Shown here piece after piece: positions 26,961 through 37,275 of a stretch of DNA of 64,000 bases. Position numbers and translations under genes: made by a program. This stretch comes from Aneurinibacillus sp. (GTDB lineage Bacteria > Bacillota > UBA5301 > DYFA01). Location: the NCBI GenBank assembly GCA_020725425.1, contig DYFA01000045.1:4051-68050 (forward strand), in the 5' to 3' direction. The first letter of the stretch is position 1, and the number at the start of each line of letters is the position of its first letter. A model generated the notes under the pieces. It made no database searches. It had not been told where the DNA came from and saw only the letters and a list, made by a program, of their open reading frames with translations.

Positions 26961-28265
26961 CTATCCGTCACTCCGGCCGGACAAAGCTCTCAGATGGCGG
27001 ACAGCCTTCTCCAGGAACTCGGGCCGGCCGAAGCTCCCCGATTTCAGCACCACGAGCATCCGCCGTGCCCCCAAAGTGCGGCCGCTCGGCACCCCGGGCT
27101 CGATCTCCTCCAACACGAAGTTGCCGGTGATGCCGAGACGGCCGAGAACCATCGCTGCAGTGTCCCCTCCGGCCACCACCAGCCCCTTAAGGTCCAGCGC
27201 TCTCACCACCCGTTCGGTGGTTTCGGCCAGGGCCAGCGAAATTGCCCGGCTCGTTTCCACTTCGCTCAGGCCCAACTGCCTGCCACGCCCCTTGGTGGCC
27301 TGGACCTCCTCGCGGCTGTTGGTGACGCGGAGCAGGGCGTTCTTCCCTCCGGCCAGCGCTTCTTGGAGCCTCTCCGCGGCGGCGGTGACCGTCACGGCCC
27401 GCTCCGCCGGGACCAGCAGGTCGAGGGAGTTCAGCGTGACCACGGGCCAGCCCAGGGCAACCAGGTGTTCCGACTGGGCCCGGGTTTGGGGCGTCACGCT
27501 CCCGGCCACGACCAGGATTCCCTGCCCGGCGGGGACCTTGACCTCCGGAGCCGGCCGGCCGGCCGGCCGTTCGGGCAAGAACGGAGGCAGAAACTCAGCG
27601 ATGGCTGAACTGCCGCCCAGCATGGCCTCCCCCGCCGCCACCTCGGCGATCTGTTCCAGGTCGCGGTTATCGAGGGCGTCGCAGAGGGCGTAACCGGCGA
27701 TGCGCCGCACTTCGGCTATCCGGGCGGCCAGGCCGCTCTTCCCCGCCCGCACGTCTTCCAGGTGGATGATCTCCACCCGGCGGCCCGACTGCGCCTCGAC
27801 CACCCGGGCCAGGTTCGACTCCCGGGTCGGGTGCACGGGGTCGGCGGCGAAAGCAGAGTCGGCAAGCAGGACCCCGTGGACGAAATGGTACCCGTGCAGG
27901 GTCTGCCGGCCGTTGTTGGGAAAGGCCGCCACGAGCAAAGAAAACGCAATCCCCAACTCATCGGCCATGGCGTCCAGTTCGGCGCCGACGTTGCCGCGGA
28001 AGACGGAGCAGGTCTTCTTGATGTACAAGGAACAGCCGAACTCCTTCAGCCGGGCCGTAGCGGCCCGCACCTTGACGTAGGCCTCCGCCGGAGGGTCGTA
28101 GCGGCTTTCCGTGTTGAGGATACAGACCTGTACGCCGTGTCCCTCGAGCTCTCCGCGAGTCAACCCGGCGTAATCCGAATACACCACCACCCGGTACCCG
28201 TGCTTGGCGAACATAGTCCCGATGTCGTTGGCACCGGTGACGTCGTCAGCCACCACCCCGATCAA
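26961..28265 (-). CDS. Four-carbon acid sugar kinase family protein (DUF1537; DtnK/OtnK type)
   Basis: The start is set at TTG 28265 (LIGVVADDVTGANDIG), 5 nt after GGGAGGAAG, giving 434 aa, the usual family size. The upstream part of the track ORF is Arg/Pro-rich shadow. Confidence 0.82.
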   Translation of the reverse strand: MIGVVADDVTGANDIGTMFAKHGYRVVVYSDYAGLTRGELEGHGVQVCILNTESRYDPPAEAYVKVRAATARLKEFGCSLYIKKTCSVFRGNVGAELDAMADELGIAFSLLVAAFPNNGRQTLHGYHFVHGVLLADSAFAADPVHPTRESNLARVVEAQSGRRVEIIHLEDVRAGKSGLAARIAEVRRIAGYALCDALDNRDLEQIAEVAAGEAMLGGSSAIAEFLPPFLPERPAGRPAPEVKVPAGQGILVVAGSVTPQTRAQSEHLVALGWPVVTLNSLDLLVPAERAVTVTAAAERLQEALAGGKNALLRVTNSREEVQATKGRGRQLGLSEVETSRAISLALAETTERVVRALDLKGLVVAGGDTAAMVLGRLGITGNFVLEEIEPGVPSGRTLGARRMLVVLKSGSFGRPEFLEKAVRHLRALSGRSDG

Positions 28266-28318
28266 GGTTTCTTCCTCCCGCTCCGCGGGCTTCGCCGCCC
28301 CACCCGCGGCATCCTTCC

Positions 28319-29245
28319 TTAACCGCTGAAGCGAACCCGGCCCGTTTTCGCGGCCAGGGTCTCTTGCAGGGACGCCAGGTAAACCCCGAACAAGATACAG
28401 CCCGCCCCGCCCACCTGGGAGTAGGAGACGGTCTCGCCGAGGAGCAGAGCCGCCAGGATGAGGACGGAGAGCGGGACCAGGTTGATGAAGGCCGACGACC
28501 GGGCGGCACCCACCGCGTCGATGGCCCGGTACCACCAACTGAAGGCCACCACGGCGCTGAGCACCACCACGTAGGCCAGGCTCCACCATCCCGGGGCTGA
28601 GACCGGGAGCCAATGACCCGCCCTGCTCCGGAACAGGAAGGCGACCGGCAGAAGCAGTCCGGTGCCCACCACCCAGGAGTAGACGGTCGTCTCAAGCGGC
28701 GTGAGAGTCGCCATCAACCCCTTGCCCTGCAGGGAATACAGGCTCCAGGTGGCGGCCGAGAACAGCATGAGCAGATCTCCGGCGTTGAGGGCGACGCGGC
28801 GGACCGCAACGCCCGCCTCGCCGGTCACCACCAGGAAGACCCCTCCCAGCGACAGCAGGGTGCCCGCCAGTTGAAGCAGGGAGACTCTCTCCTTCGCCAG
28901 GCGTTCCGCGAGCAGACAGGTGATGACCGGGCTCGTGGCCATGAGGAGCGAGGCGTTGATGGCGGTCGTCCGCTCGAGTCCGAAGTAATAGAAGAGGTTA
29001 TGCAGAAAGAAGATGACCCCCAATCCCGCCACGCCCTTGAGTTCCGCCCGGGTGAGGAGGCGCAGCTGGCGCCGTAGCCCGAGGACGACGAGCATGAGGG
29101 CCGCGGCGGAGGCAAAACGCACCACCGCCGCGGTCAGAGGGGCCAACTCCCTCATCAGTACCTTGTTGGCGATATAGTTGCCGCCCCAGATGACGGCGGT
29201 CAAGGTGAGCAGGAGATAGGTAATCTCCTGCGTCGAACGTCGCAT
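28319..29245 (-). CDS. EamA/DMT-family transporter
   Basis: 308 aa from ATG 29245, preceded by AGGAGAGGGAG. It has ten hydrophobic segments and two EamA-like halves. Confidence 0.8.
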   Translation of the reverse strand: MRRSTQEITYLLLTLTAVIWGGNYIANKVLMRELAPLTAAVVRFASAAALMLVVLGLRRQLRLLTRAELKGVAGLGVIFFLHNLFYYFGLERTTAINASLLMATSPVITCLLAERLAKERVSLLQLAGTLLSLGGVFLVVTGEAGVAVRRVALNAGDLLMLFSAATWSLYSLQGKGLMATLTPLETTVYSWVVGTGLLLPVAFLFRSRAGHWLPVSAPGWWSLAYVVVLSAVVAFSWWYRAIDAVGAARSSAFINLVPLSVLILAALLLGETVSYSQVGGAGCILFGVYLASLQETLAAKTGRVRFSG

Positions 29246-29305
29246 GGTGGTCTCCCTCTCCTCGTCCGGCCCCCGGCCTGGACCTGATCTTCGGGGCCCG
29301 GCCAC

Positions 29306-30253
29306 CTACCGGCGCTTCTCTTGGGCTACTTCCTTGGCCGCCCGGCTTACGGCGGCGGCGGAGATGCCGTAGGCCTCGAGGAGTTCCTCGTACGGGGCGG
29401 ACTCGGTGAAGCAGTCGGGGATGCCGACCCGTTTCAGGCGGCACGGGTAGTGTTCACCCAGCACCTCCGCCACCGCGCTGCCGAGGCCGCCGATCACGTT
29501 GTGGTCCTCCACGGTCACGATCGCCCCGGTGGCCCGGGCCAGCTCCACTACGGCTTCGGTGTTGATCGGCTTGAGCGTGTGGACCTCCGCCACCTTCGCC
29601 TTGACCCCTTCCTCAGCCAGAAGCTTCTCCGCCTCCAGGGCGATCGGGAGGGCAAGCCCCGAGGCCAGGATGGCCACGTCGTCACCTCCGTCCCGGTGAA
29701 CGACGACCTCGCCCAGGCGGAACTCCATCTCTTCGGTGTACACCACGGGGGTGTCGTTCCGGCCCACCCGCATGTACACCGGCCCGGGATGGTCGGCGAT
29801 CGCCTTCACGGCCTTCTTGGCGGCGATTCCGTCCGCCGGGCAGACCACGGTCATGTTCGGGATGCTCCGCATCACCCCGACGTCCTCGATCCCCTGGTGC
29901 GTCACACCCTCCAGGTCCCCGGTAAGGCCGGACATCCCGGCCACCACCTTGACGTTCAGCCTGGGATAGGCCACGAAGCTCCGTATCTGCTCGCACGCCC
30001 TTAGGGTGGCCAACGTGGCGTAAGTGGTGGCGAAGGCCACCTTCCCGGTGGTCGCCAGGCCGGCCGCCACGAGTACCATGTCCTGTTCGGCGATGCCGGT
30101 GTCGAAGACCCGGTCGGGGAACTCCGCCGCGAAGTAGTTGGTCTTCATCGACTTGCCGGTGTCGGCTGCCACGACGACCACGTCGCTCCGTTCCCGGCCG
30201 ACCGCCAGAAGCCCTTGTCCAAACCCCTCGCGGGTGGACATCCGAAGCGTCAT
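29306..30253 (-). CDS. Transketolase, C-terminal (pyrimidine-binding) subunit of a split enzyme
   Basis: 315 aa. Motifs are REGFGQGLL ... FDTGIAEQDMV. It overlaps the upstream subunit by 4 nt. Confidence 0.9.
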   Translation of the reverse strand: MTLRMSTREGFGQGLLAVGRERSDVVVVAADTGKSMKTNYFAAEFPDRVFDTGIAEQDMVLVAAGLATTGKVAFATTYATLATLRACEQIRSFVAYPRLNVKVVAGMSGLTGDLEGVTHQGIEDVGVMRSIPNMTVVCPADGIAAKKAVKAIADHPGPVYMRVGRNDTPVVYTEEMEFRLGEVVVHRDGGDDVAILASGLALPIALEAEKLLAEEGVKAKVAEVHTLKPINTEAVVELARATGAIVTVEDHNVIGGLGSAVAEVLGEHYPCRLKRVGIPDCFTESAPYEELLEAYGISAAAVSRAAKEVAQEKRR

Positions 30254-31083
30254 GCCGCGTCACCCCTCTCCGCGCCCAGCTCGACCAACGCCCGCTCCAT
30301 CTCTTCCCGGGTGAGGCCGCTCATGTGCCACTTGTTGTTGTTCTCCATGAACGAGACGCCTTTCCCCTTGACCGTGTGGGCGATGGCCACGCTCGGCCGG
30401 CCTTCCTGGCACCGGGCCCGTTGGATGAACGCCGCGATAGCCGAGACGTCGTGGCCGTCGATCTCCTCGACGTTCCACCCGAAGGCCCGCCACTTCTCCG
30501 CCAGAGGATCGACCCTCATCGTCTCGTTCACCGTGCCGGTACTTTGGAAGCCGTTGCGGTCCACAAAAGCGATCAAGTGGCTGAGCCCGTAGTGGGCCGC
30601 CGCCATCGCCGCCTCCCAGATAGAGCCTTCCTGAATCTCCCCATCCCCCAGCACCACAAACACGTCGTAGTCCTTCCGGTCCAGTCTGCCGGCGAGCGCC
30701 ATGCCGACCGCGATGCCCAGCCCGTTGCCGAGCGAGCCGCTTGTGGCATCCACCCCCGGCGTCTTTCGCATGTCCGGGTGCCCCTGGAGGATGGAGTGCA
30801 GGTGCCGGAGCGTCTCCAGCTCCTTGAGGTCGAAGAAGCCCCGGCGGGCCAGGGCCGAGTAGAGCGCCTGGTAACCGTGGCCTTTGGACAGTACGAACCG
30901 GTCCCGGTCAGGCCAGGCGGGGTTTTGCGGGTCCAGGCGCATAGCCTCGAAGTACAGCACGGCACAGATGTCGGCGATGGAGAGAGCCGGGCCTTCATGG
31001 GTGGCGCCCGGCGCAGCGTAGGCGCTTCGGATGATGTCGATGCGGATCAGCCTCGCCATCTCCTCCAGACTCTCACGAGACAT
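30250..31083 (-). CDS. Transketolase, N-terminal (TPP-binding) subunit of a split enzyme
   Basis: 277 aa. Motifs are SKGHGYQALY ... GSLGNGLGIAVGMA ... GDGEIQEGSIWEA. Confidence 0.9.
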   Translation of the reverse strand: MSRESLEEMARLIRIDIIRSAYAAPGATHEGPALSIADICAVLYFEAMRLDPQNPAWPDRDRFVLSKGHGYQALYSALARRGFFDLKELETLRHLHSILQGHPDMRKTPGVDATSGSLGNGLGIAVGMALAGRLDRKDYDVFVVLGDGEIQEGSIWEAAMAAAHYGLSHLIAFVDRNGFQSTGTVNETMRVDPLAEKWRAFGWNVEEIDGHDVSAIAAFIQRARCQEGRPSVAIAHTVKGKGVSFMENNNKWHMSGLTREEMERALVELGAERGDAA

Positions 31084-31111
31084 CTCCCTTTCACCCCCTA
31101 AGAACTGGTCC

Positions 31112-32098
31112 TCAGCGCTTCTCCACCCGCTTCACCTTCCCGATGAAGAGGGTCCAGTCTCCGGTGTGCACCGCGGGATACGTCCTGAGGCCCATCAGGA
31201 CTCCGTCGAAGGGCGCCTTGATCTCCTCGACCTCGTCGCCGAAGACGTTGTACACCCTCATCACCGTGGTCCCCGCCGGTACCCGCTTCTCAAACGCGAA
31301 GAGCGGGTCGGCGAGCAGGAGCCCGCCCCGGTTCGCCGTGACCTGCGTTTCCTCGATGACGATCCATTCCTCGGGGTACTCGGCGGCACCCTCGACCATC
31401 CCGAAATGCTTCATGGCGTTCAGCACGCCTTTGACCATGGTGTCCACGTTGCGCCGGAAGACGCCCGGCAGGCGATTCCCGTTGCCGCCCAGCTCGAGGG
31501 TGACCGCCTTGACTCCCCTGCTGATACAGGCGCTCTTGAGGGTCTGCCTGAACGGCCGGCCCTCCCACAGGTACTTCCAGTCGGGGCCGAAGGCCTTCGC
31601 CAACTCCTTGGAGGCCTCGTCCTCGTAGAGCACCTTGCCGATCAGATAGAAGTAGTTGGCCCCGCAGTGCAGGGAGACCGAGTAGTCCGCCTTGGCCTCG
31701 ATCTCGTTCAAGTGAGCCGCCGCGATCCGCTCGGTGAGAAAGCCGCGGTCCGACCCAGGGTAGGTGCGGTTGAGGTCCCAGACGTACACGTCCTCCGGGT
31801 TGCCCCGCCGCATGGCCTCGAAGGCGGGCAGGTTCACCGACGGCACCAGGATGAGGGCGCCCCGGAGCTCCCGGGGGTCCAAAGTCTTGGAGAGCTGGAG
31901 CACCGCGGCCACACCCTCGTGCTCGTCTCCGTGGACGCTGGCATTGACCGAAAAGACCGGTCCGTCCTCCGTCCCGTTCAGCACGATCACCGGGATGCTG
32001 AGCGGGGTGTCGTCAGGCCGGGTACCCACGTTGACCCAACCGGTCGCTTTGGTGCCGGGTTTCGCCGCGGCCGTCCCGACTGTCAGCTCGTTTTTCAT
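31112..32098 (-). CDS. AstE/AspA-family (succinylglutamate desuccinylase/aspartoacylase) Zn-deacylase, paralog 1
   Basis: 328 aa. Motifs are HGDEHEG ... DLNRTYPG ... SLHCGAN. Its ATG overlaps the stop of paralog 2 (ATGA). Confidence 0.85.
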   Translation of the reverse strand: MKNELTVGTAAAKPGTKATGWVNVGTRPDDTPLSIPVIVLNGTEDGPVFSVNASVHGDEHEGVAAVLQLSKTLDPRELRGALILVPSVNLPAFEAMRRGNPEDVYVWDLNRTYPGSDRGFLTERIAAAHLNEIEAKADYSVSLHCGANYFYLIGKVLYEDEASKELAKAFGPDWKYLWEGRPFRQTLKSACISRGVKAVTLELGGNGNRLPGVFRRNVDTMVKGVLNAMKHFGMVEGAAEYPEEWIVIEETQVTANRGGLLLADPLFAFEKRVPAGTTVMRVYNVFGDEVEEIKAPFDGVLMGLRTYPAVHTGDWTLFIGKVKRVEKR

Positions 32099-33108
32099 CG
32101 CTTCAACTCCCCCTTCCGCAGCTGAGTCAGGCGATCGACGACCTTGCCGATGAACAGCGTCCAGTCGCCGGTGTGCACGGCGGGGTAGGTGCGCAAGCCC
32201 ATGACGAGACCGTCAAACGGCGCGGTGATCCGCTCGACCTCTTCCCCGAAGAGGTCGTAGATGCGCAGCAGGGTCGTGCCCTCTTTGACCATCCGCTTGA
32301 GCTCGAAGTCGGGTTCGGGGAGGAGCAGGCCGCCGTTCTGGGCGCAGACCTGAGTCTCGTTGATGACCAACCACTCCGGGGCGTAGCGCGCCTCGCCGGT
32401 GAGCATGCCGTAGTGGCGCATGACGTTCTCCACCCCGGCGACCATTGTGCCGACGTTGCGCAGGAAGTTCTGCGGCAGCCGGCCGCTGGCTCCCCCTAGC
32501 TCCACCGAGACCGCCGGGATCCCCCGCTTCAGGCATTGCCCGGTCAAGGTGCCCTCCCCGAAGGTGGCGCCGGTCCAGAGCACGTCCCAGGCTGGACCCA
32601 GGGACTGGGCGAGCTCGAGCGAGTCCTCACCCTCGTACAACACCTTTTCGATCAGGTAGAAGTAGTTGGCCCCGCAGTGGAAGGAGATGGAGAGGTCCGC
32701 CCGGCTCACGATCTCGTTCAGGTGAAGGTAGGCGATCCGCTCCGTGAGGAACCCGTCCGGCCGCCCCGGGTAGTTCCGGTTGAGGTCCCAGATGTAGACG
32801 TCCTGAGGATTTCCGCGCTGCATCGCTTCGAACGCCGGGACGTTGACCGCCGGTACACCGATGAACTTGCCCTTCAACTCGCGGGGGTCGATCGTCCGCG
32901 TCAGCTCAATCAGGGCCAGCATCCCCTCGTGTTCGTCCCCGTGGACCATGGCGTCCACACAAAGCACCGGCCCGTCTTCCGCCCCGTTGATCACCACCAC
33001 CGGGATCGCCAGTTGGGACCCATCGGGCCTCGTCCCCACCTTCACGTAACCCCTGGCTTTGGTCCCTGGTGCCGCGCTGGCCGTACCCACCGCAAAGTCC
33101 CTCGCCAT
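32095..33108 (-). CDS. AstE/AspA-family Zn-deacylase, paralog 2
   Basis: 337 aa. Motifs are HGDEHEG ... DLNRNYPG ... SFHCGAN. GAGGAGG lies 7 nt upstream of the ATG. Confidence 0.85.
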   Translation of the reverse strand: MARDFAVGTASAAPGTKARGYVKVGTRPDGSQLAIPVVVINGAEDGPVLCVDAMVHGDEHEGMLALIELTRTIDPRELKGKFIGVPAVNVPAFEAMQRGNPQDVYIWDLNRNYPGRPDGFLTERIAYLHLNEIVSRADLSISFHCGANYFYLIEKVLYEGEDSLELAQSLGPAWDVLWTGATFGEGTLTGQCLKRGIPAVSVELGGASGRLPQNFLRNVGTMVAGVENVMRHYGMLTGEARYAPEWLVINETQVCAQNGGLLLPEPDFELKRMVKEGTTLLRIYDLFGEEVERITAPFDGLVMGLRTYPAVHTGDWTLFIGKVVDRLTQLRKGELKR

Positions 33109-33193
33109 GCCGAGTCCTCCTCTCTGGTCTACTGTCGACCGACGCGTCCGAAGCAGGTCCCTGCCCTAAAGGGCGGGATCCGTCGAGCGCCCT

Positions 33194-34039
33194 CTAGGCC
33201 GCCACGAAATTCCGCGGCAGGAATACCCCGATGAGCAGCATGATGACGATCAGGATGGACGAGATGGCTGCCACCGTGGGGTCGCTGGTGTATTCGATGT
33301 AGTTGAAGATCTTGATCGGTAGCGTGGTCATCCGCGGTCCGGCGATGAACAGCGTAACCACCAGTTCGTCGAAGGAGATGATGAAGGCGAAGATCGCCCC
33401 GGCAATCACGCCGGCCTTGATGAGCGGCAGCATGACCCGGCGGAACGCCGTAAAGGGACTGGCTCCCAGGTTGGCCGCCGCCTCCAACAGCACGTTGTCA
33501 AACCCGTAGAGGCTGGCGGACACGGTCCGGATGACGTACGGGACAGTCAGGACGACGTGGGCGCAGACCAGGCTCCAGAAGGTGCCCGACAGCTTGACCT
33601 TGGCGTAGAACACCACCATGGCGATGCCCAGCACGATGGCCGGGAAGGTCAAGGGCGAAAGAAAGAGTGAGTTCAGAAGGTCGCGAAAGCGAAACTTGTA
33701 CTTGACCAGCCCGATGGAGGCCAGGATACCGAGTGTCGACGAGATGAGGGCGGTAGTGGCGCCCACCATGAGGCTGTTTTTCAGTGCTCTCACGAAGTCC
33801 GAATCGGAGAAGAAAGCCACGTACCAGCGGAGAGACAAGGCCTTGGGAGGGAAGACCAGGTAGGCACTTTCACTGAACGACACAATCACCACGACGATGA
33901 TCGGCGCCAGGAGAAAGGCGTAAATCAAGGCGATCAGAAGGTTCTGCAGGACCTGCGACAGCCCCTCCCCCAGGCGGCGCCAGGGCAACGCCGGGCGTGG
34001 TTCGGGCCGGGCGGGCGCCGGCTTGGACACCGCGTTCAT
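33194..34039 (-). CDS. ABC transporter permease (PotC-like), system 1
   Basis: The start is set at ATG 34039, which overlaps the upstream stop (ATGA) and follows GGGAGGTGG. It has six TM segments and an EAA-like loop (LEAAANLGASPFTAFRRV). Confidence 0.85.
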   Translation of the reverse strand: MNAVSKPAPARPEPRPALPWRRLGEGLSQVLQNLLIALIYAFLLAPIIVVVIVSFSESAYLVFPPKALSLRWYVAFFSDSDFVRALKNSLMVGATTALISSTLGILASIGLVKYKFRFRDLLNSLFLSPLTFPAIVLGIAMVVFYAKVKLSGTFWSLVCAHVVLTVPYVIRTVSASLYGFDNVLLEAAANLGASPFTAFRRVMLPLIKAGVIAGAIFAFIISFDELVVTLFIAGPRMTTLPIKIFNYIEYTSDPTVAAISSILIVIMLLIGVFLPRNFVAA

Positions 34040-34920
34040 TGGGCCACCTCCCACGACTTGCCCGAAATCAGGAGCTTGTTGTAGACGAAGATGAGGACAC
34101 CCACCAAGGCGAGCAGGGTAAAAGCGACGGCCGCCGAGAAGGGCCAGTTCACCAGGCTGAGGGCCTGCTCGTAGACGACGGTCGAGAGCACCCTGACCTG
34201 CGGACCTCCCATCAACGTCGGTGTGACGAAGGCGCTGATGGCCATGATGAAGACCAGAACCGAACCGGTGGCCACCCCGGGCAGGCTGAGCGGAAGGGTC
34301 ACCCGCAGGAAGGTCTGCAGGCTGTTGGCGCCCAGATCGTGCGCGGCTTCCTCCAGGGCCGGGTCCATGTTCCGGAGCACGCTCTCCAGGGCGAGCGTCA
34401 TGAACGGCAGCAACACTTCGGTGAGACCGATGACCACCCCCAGCCTGTTATACATGAGGCGGAGCGGCTGCTCAATGAACCCCCACTTGAGCAGCAAGCT
34501 GTTCACGATGCCGTTCCGGGAGAGGATGACCATCCAGCCGTAGGTCCGGACGACCGCGCTGGTGAGCAGGGGCATCACTACCAGGAGGTAGAGGAAACCC
34601 TTGAACCGCGACCGGGTCCGGGCCAGCTTGTAGGCGAGGGGGTAGCCCAGGATCAGGGTGAAGAAAGCCACCTCTGCCCCAAGCAGGATGGTGTCGCGCA
34701 CGATCCCGCGGTAGTACGGGTCCAGGATGAATTTCGCATAATTCTCCAGTACGAAGGTCTCCTCCATCGCTCCACCCGGCACGAAGCGGTAAAAGCTGTA
34801 GACCAGCAAGAGGCACAAGGGAGCGATGAAAAAGAGGCAAAAGTGAATGAAGGTCGGCAGAACCAGGAGCACGGGTGTCTTCCCGCGGAGCTTGGTCGCC
34901 GCTTTGTCCACGGCAGTCAC
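34036..34920 (-). CDS. ABC transporter permease (PotB-like), system 1
   Basis: 294 aa. The EAA loop is LEEAAHDLGANSLQTFLRV. GAAGGAGGG lies 7 nt upstream of GTG 34920. Confidence 0.85.
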   Translation of the reverse strand: MTAVDKAATKLRGKTPVLLVLPTFIHFCLFFIAPLCLLLVYSFYRFVPGGAMEETFVLENYAKFILDPYYRGIVRDTILLGAEVAFFTLILGYPLAYKLARTRSRFKGFLYLLVVMPLLTSAVVRTYGWMVILSRNGIVNSLLLKWGFIEQPLRLMYNRLGVVIGLTEVLLPFMTLALESVLRNMDPALEEAAHDLGANSLQTFLRVTLPLSLPGVATGSVLVFIMAISAFVTPTLMGGPQVRVLSTVVYEQALSLVNWPFSAAVAFTLLALVGVLIFVYNKLLISGKSWEVAQ

Positions 34921-35008
34921 GATGCACCCTCCTTCGCCACGCCCCTCTGCGACAGCGCGGCCCGCCGGGTGGAAGGCCGGAGCCTTCCACCCGGGCGTGC
35001 CTCACACC

Positions 35009-36055
35009 CTACTTCTGCTTCAAGATCTCCCTGTTCCACCGGTCGACCCACTCGGGACGAACCGTGTTGATGTACACCCAGTCGGGCCGGATGAGGAGCG
35101 ACATCTGTTTCTCCGATACCGGAAGCTCCTTGGCCAGGTCAGCCGGGACGTCCACCTTGATCGTGGGTCCGAGGTGGATGTCCCGCGCATTGCCGAGCTG
35201 GGCGGCCTTGCTGAGAGAGAAGTTGATGTACTTCTCCGCCAGATCCTTATGGGGGCTGCCCTTCGCGATGGCCATGGTGGACTCGATGGAGTGCGAACCC
35301 TCCTTGGGCATCACCCAGGCGATCGGCGCCCCGGTCTCGGCCAGGCTCTGGGCCCGGTCGGAGCTCCAGGTCGCCAGCCAGATGTCCCCCTGGGCGAACA
35401 GCTTCGCCAGGTGATCATGCGACGTCCAGTAGGTGTAGATGTTGGGGATCAGGCTCTTGATCTTCTCAAAGCCGGGGTCGATGTTCTTCGGACCGCCCCC
35501 GTTCATCTTGGCGGCGATCAAGAGCAGGTAGATGCCGTGCGACGTGTTGATGTCCGGGATGGCGACCCGCCCCTTGTACTTGGGATCCCACAGGATCTCG
35601 TACGAGGTGGGCGGGGTCTTGATGTAGTCGGTGTTATACGCGATGACCTGGCTTACGTAGAGGTACTTGACGTAATAGGGGTTGTCCACCTTGAAGAACG
35701 GGTGGATGTTCTTGAGGTTCGGGATCTTGGCCGGGTCGAGCTTCTCCAGAAGCCCTTCGGCGGCAGCCTGAGTGGCAGCTACCTCGTCCATCCCGACCAC
35801 GTCGACCTGCGGATTGTCTTTCTGGGCCCGCAGCTTCGCCAGGGTCTGCATGGTCAGGCTGCGATCGATGACCACCTCGCAGTTATACTGCTTTTCGAAC
35901 GGCTCAATGACGTTTTTCTTCCAGCCGATTTCGAAGGAACCTCCAGGGACCGTGACGACCAGGATTTCCTTGGCGGCGGCCGGCAGGCATACCGCACTCA
36001 GGACCACGGCGGTCAAGACAATCAAGAGCAGCCTTCTTGTACCGATCTTACTCAC
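35009..36055 (-). CDS. ABC transporter substrate-binding protein (PotD/family-1 type), system 1
   Basis: 348 aa. A signal peptide is followed by a PotD-like fold (GSFEIGWKKNVIEPFEKQY...). Confidence 0.85.
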   Translation of the reverse strand: MSKIGTRRLLLIVLTAVVLSAVCLPAAAKEILVVTVPGGSFEIGWKKNVIEPFEKQYNCEVVIDRSLTMQTLAKLRAQKDNPQVDVVGMDEVAATQAAAEGLLEKLDPAKIPNLKNIHPFFKVDNPYYVKYLYVSQVIAYNTDYIKTPPTSYEILWDPKYKGRVAIPDINTSHGIYLLLIAAKMNGGGPKNIDPGFEKIKSLIPNIYTYWTSHDHLAKLFAQGDIWLATWSSDRAQSLAETGAPIAWVMPKEGSHSIESTMAIAKGSPHKDLAEKYINFSLSKAAQLGNARDIHLGPTIKVDVPADLAKELPVSEKQMSLLIRPDWVYINTVRPEWVDRWNREILKQK

Positions 36056-36151
36056 TTCTCATAACCTCCCGTACCGAGATGCTGCTGAGGGACTTGACGG
36101 CGTCCGGCCAAACCTGTTGAGTTCTCACCTCCTCCCTGAAGAAAGCGGGCC

Positions 36152-37234
36152 TTACTTCTTGAACCGGAGGCAGTTTTCGGGCAACCACCGCACGCTGACC
36201 TTTTCCCCTTTACGGAAGATCCGCGAGGTGTCGAGGTTCTGTTGCTTGACTACCAGCTTCTCGTTCCCCGGCTTGAGCAGAATCAGGTACTGGGTGAGCG
36301 GGCCCATCCAGGTGGTCTCCGCCACCTCACCTTCAAACACGTTCTCCGTCCCGGGAAGCGCGGCCGGCTCAGCGAGGATGATTTTCTCCGGCCGGACGGC
36401 GATCACGAGGTTGTCTCCCGCGGCCAACCCGGGGCTGGGCCCCAGTCTGACCCGCAGGCCCCCGGCGCTCTCGAAGATGGCGCAGTCGCCCTCCATCGCT
36501 GCGAGCTTCCCTTCGAGGAAATTCGAGGTCCCCACGAAGTCAGCCACGAAAGGCGTGGCGGGACGGCTGAAGATCTCCATCGGCGTGCCCGTCTGTTCGA
36601 TCCGGCCGAAGTTCATGACCGCGATCTTGTCGGAAATGGTGATCGCTTCCTCTTGGTCGTGGGTCACGAAGATCGAGGTGATCCCGACCTCCTGCTGGAG
36701 CCGGCGGATCTCCAACCTCATCTCCAGACGCAGCTTCGCGTCCAGGTTGGACAAAGGCTCATCGAAGAGCAGCACTTTGGGTCGGATGACCAGGACGCGC
36801 GCCAGAGCTACACGCTGCTGCTGCCCCCCGCTGAGTTGCCGCGGGTACCGGTCTTTCAGGTGGGCCAGGCCTACAAGCTCCAACGCCTCGCCGACCCGCG
36901 TGTTGCGTTCCCGGGCGCCGACTTTTCTCATGGCCAGTCCGAACTCCACGTTCTTCTGGACGGTCATGTGGGGGAAGAGGGCGTACTGCTGGAAGACCAT
37001 GCCGGTGTCACGCCGATGGGGCGGGATCTCCGTGACGTCTTTCCCCTGAATGTACACCGCCCCGTGGGTAGGCTTGACGAACCCTGCCACTATGCGCAGG
37101 GTGGTCGTCTTCCCACAACCGCTGGGGCCCACCAGGGTCAAGAGCTCCCCGTGCTCCACGTCCAGGGAGATATCGTTCACCACCGCGTTCCTGCCGTAAA
37201 CCTTGCTCACTGATTTCAACTGCACGTCCGCCAA
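36152..37234 (-). CDS. ABC transporter ATP-binding protein (PotA-like, with C-terminal TOBE-type domain), system 1
   Basis: 360 aa. Walker A is GPSGCGKTT, the signature is LSGGQQQR and Walker B is LLFDEP. Confidence 0.9.
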   Translation of the reverse strand: MADVQLKSVSKVYGRNAVVNDISLDVEHGELLTLVGPSGCGKTTTLRIVAGFVKPTHGAVYIQGKDVTEIPPHRRDTGMVFQQYALFPHMTVQKNVEFGLAMRKVGARERNTRVGEALELVGLAHLKDRYPRQLSGGQQQRVALARVLVIRPKVLLFDEPLSNLDAKLRLEMRLEIRRLQQEVGITSIFVTHDQEEAITISDKIAVMNFGRIEQTGTPMEIFSRPATPFVADFVGTSNFLEGKLAAMEGDCAIFESAGGLRVRLGPSPGLAAGDNLVIAVRPEKIILAEPAALPGTENVFEGEVAETTWMGPLTQYLILLKPGNEKLVVKQQNLDTSRIFRKGEKVSVRWLPENCLRFKK

Positions 37235-37275
37235 AGTCGTCCACCACCCGCTTGTGCTCTGTTAAGTTCACCGCC

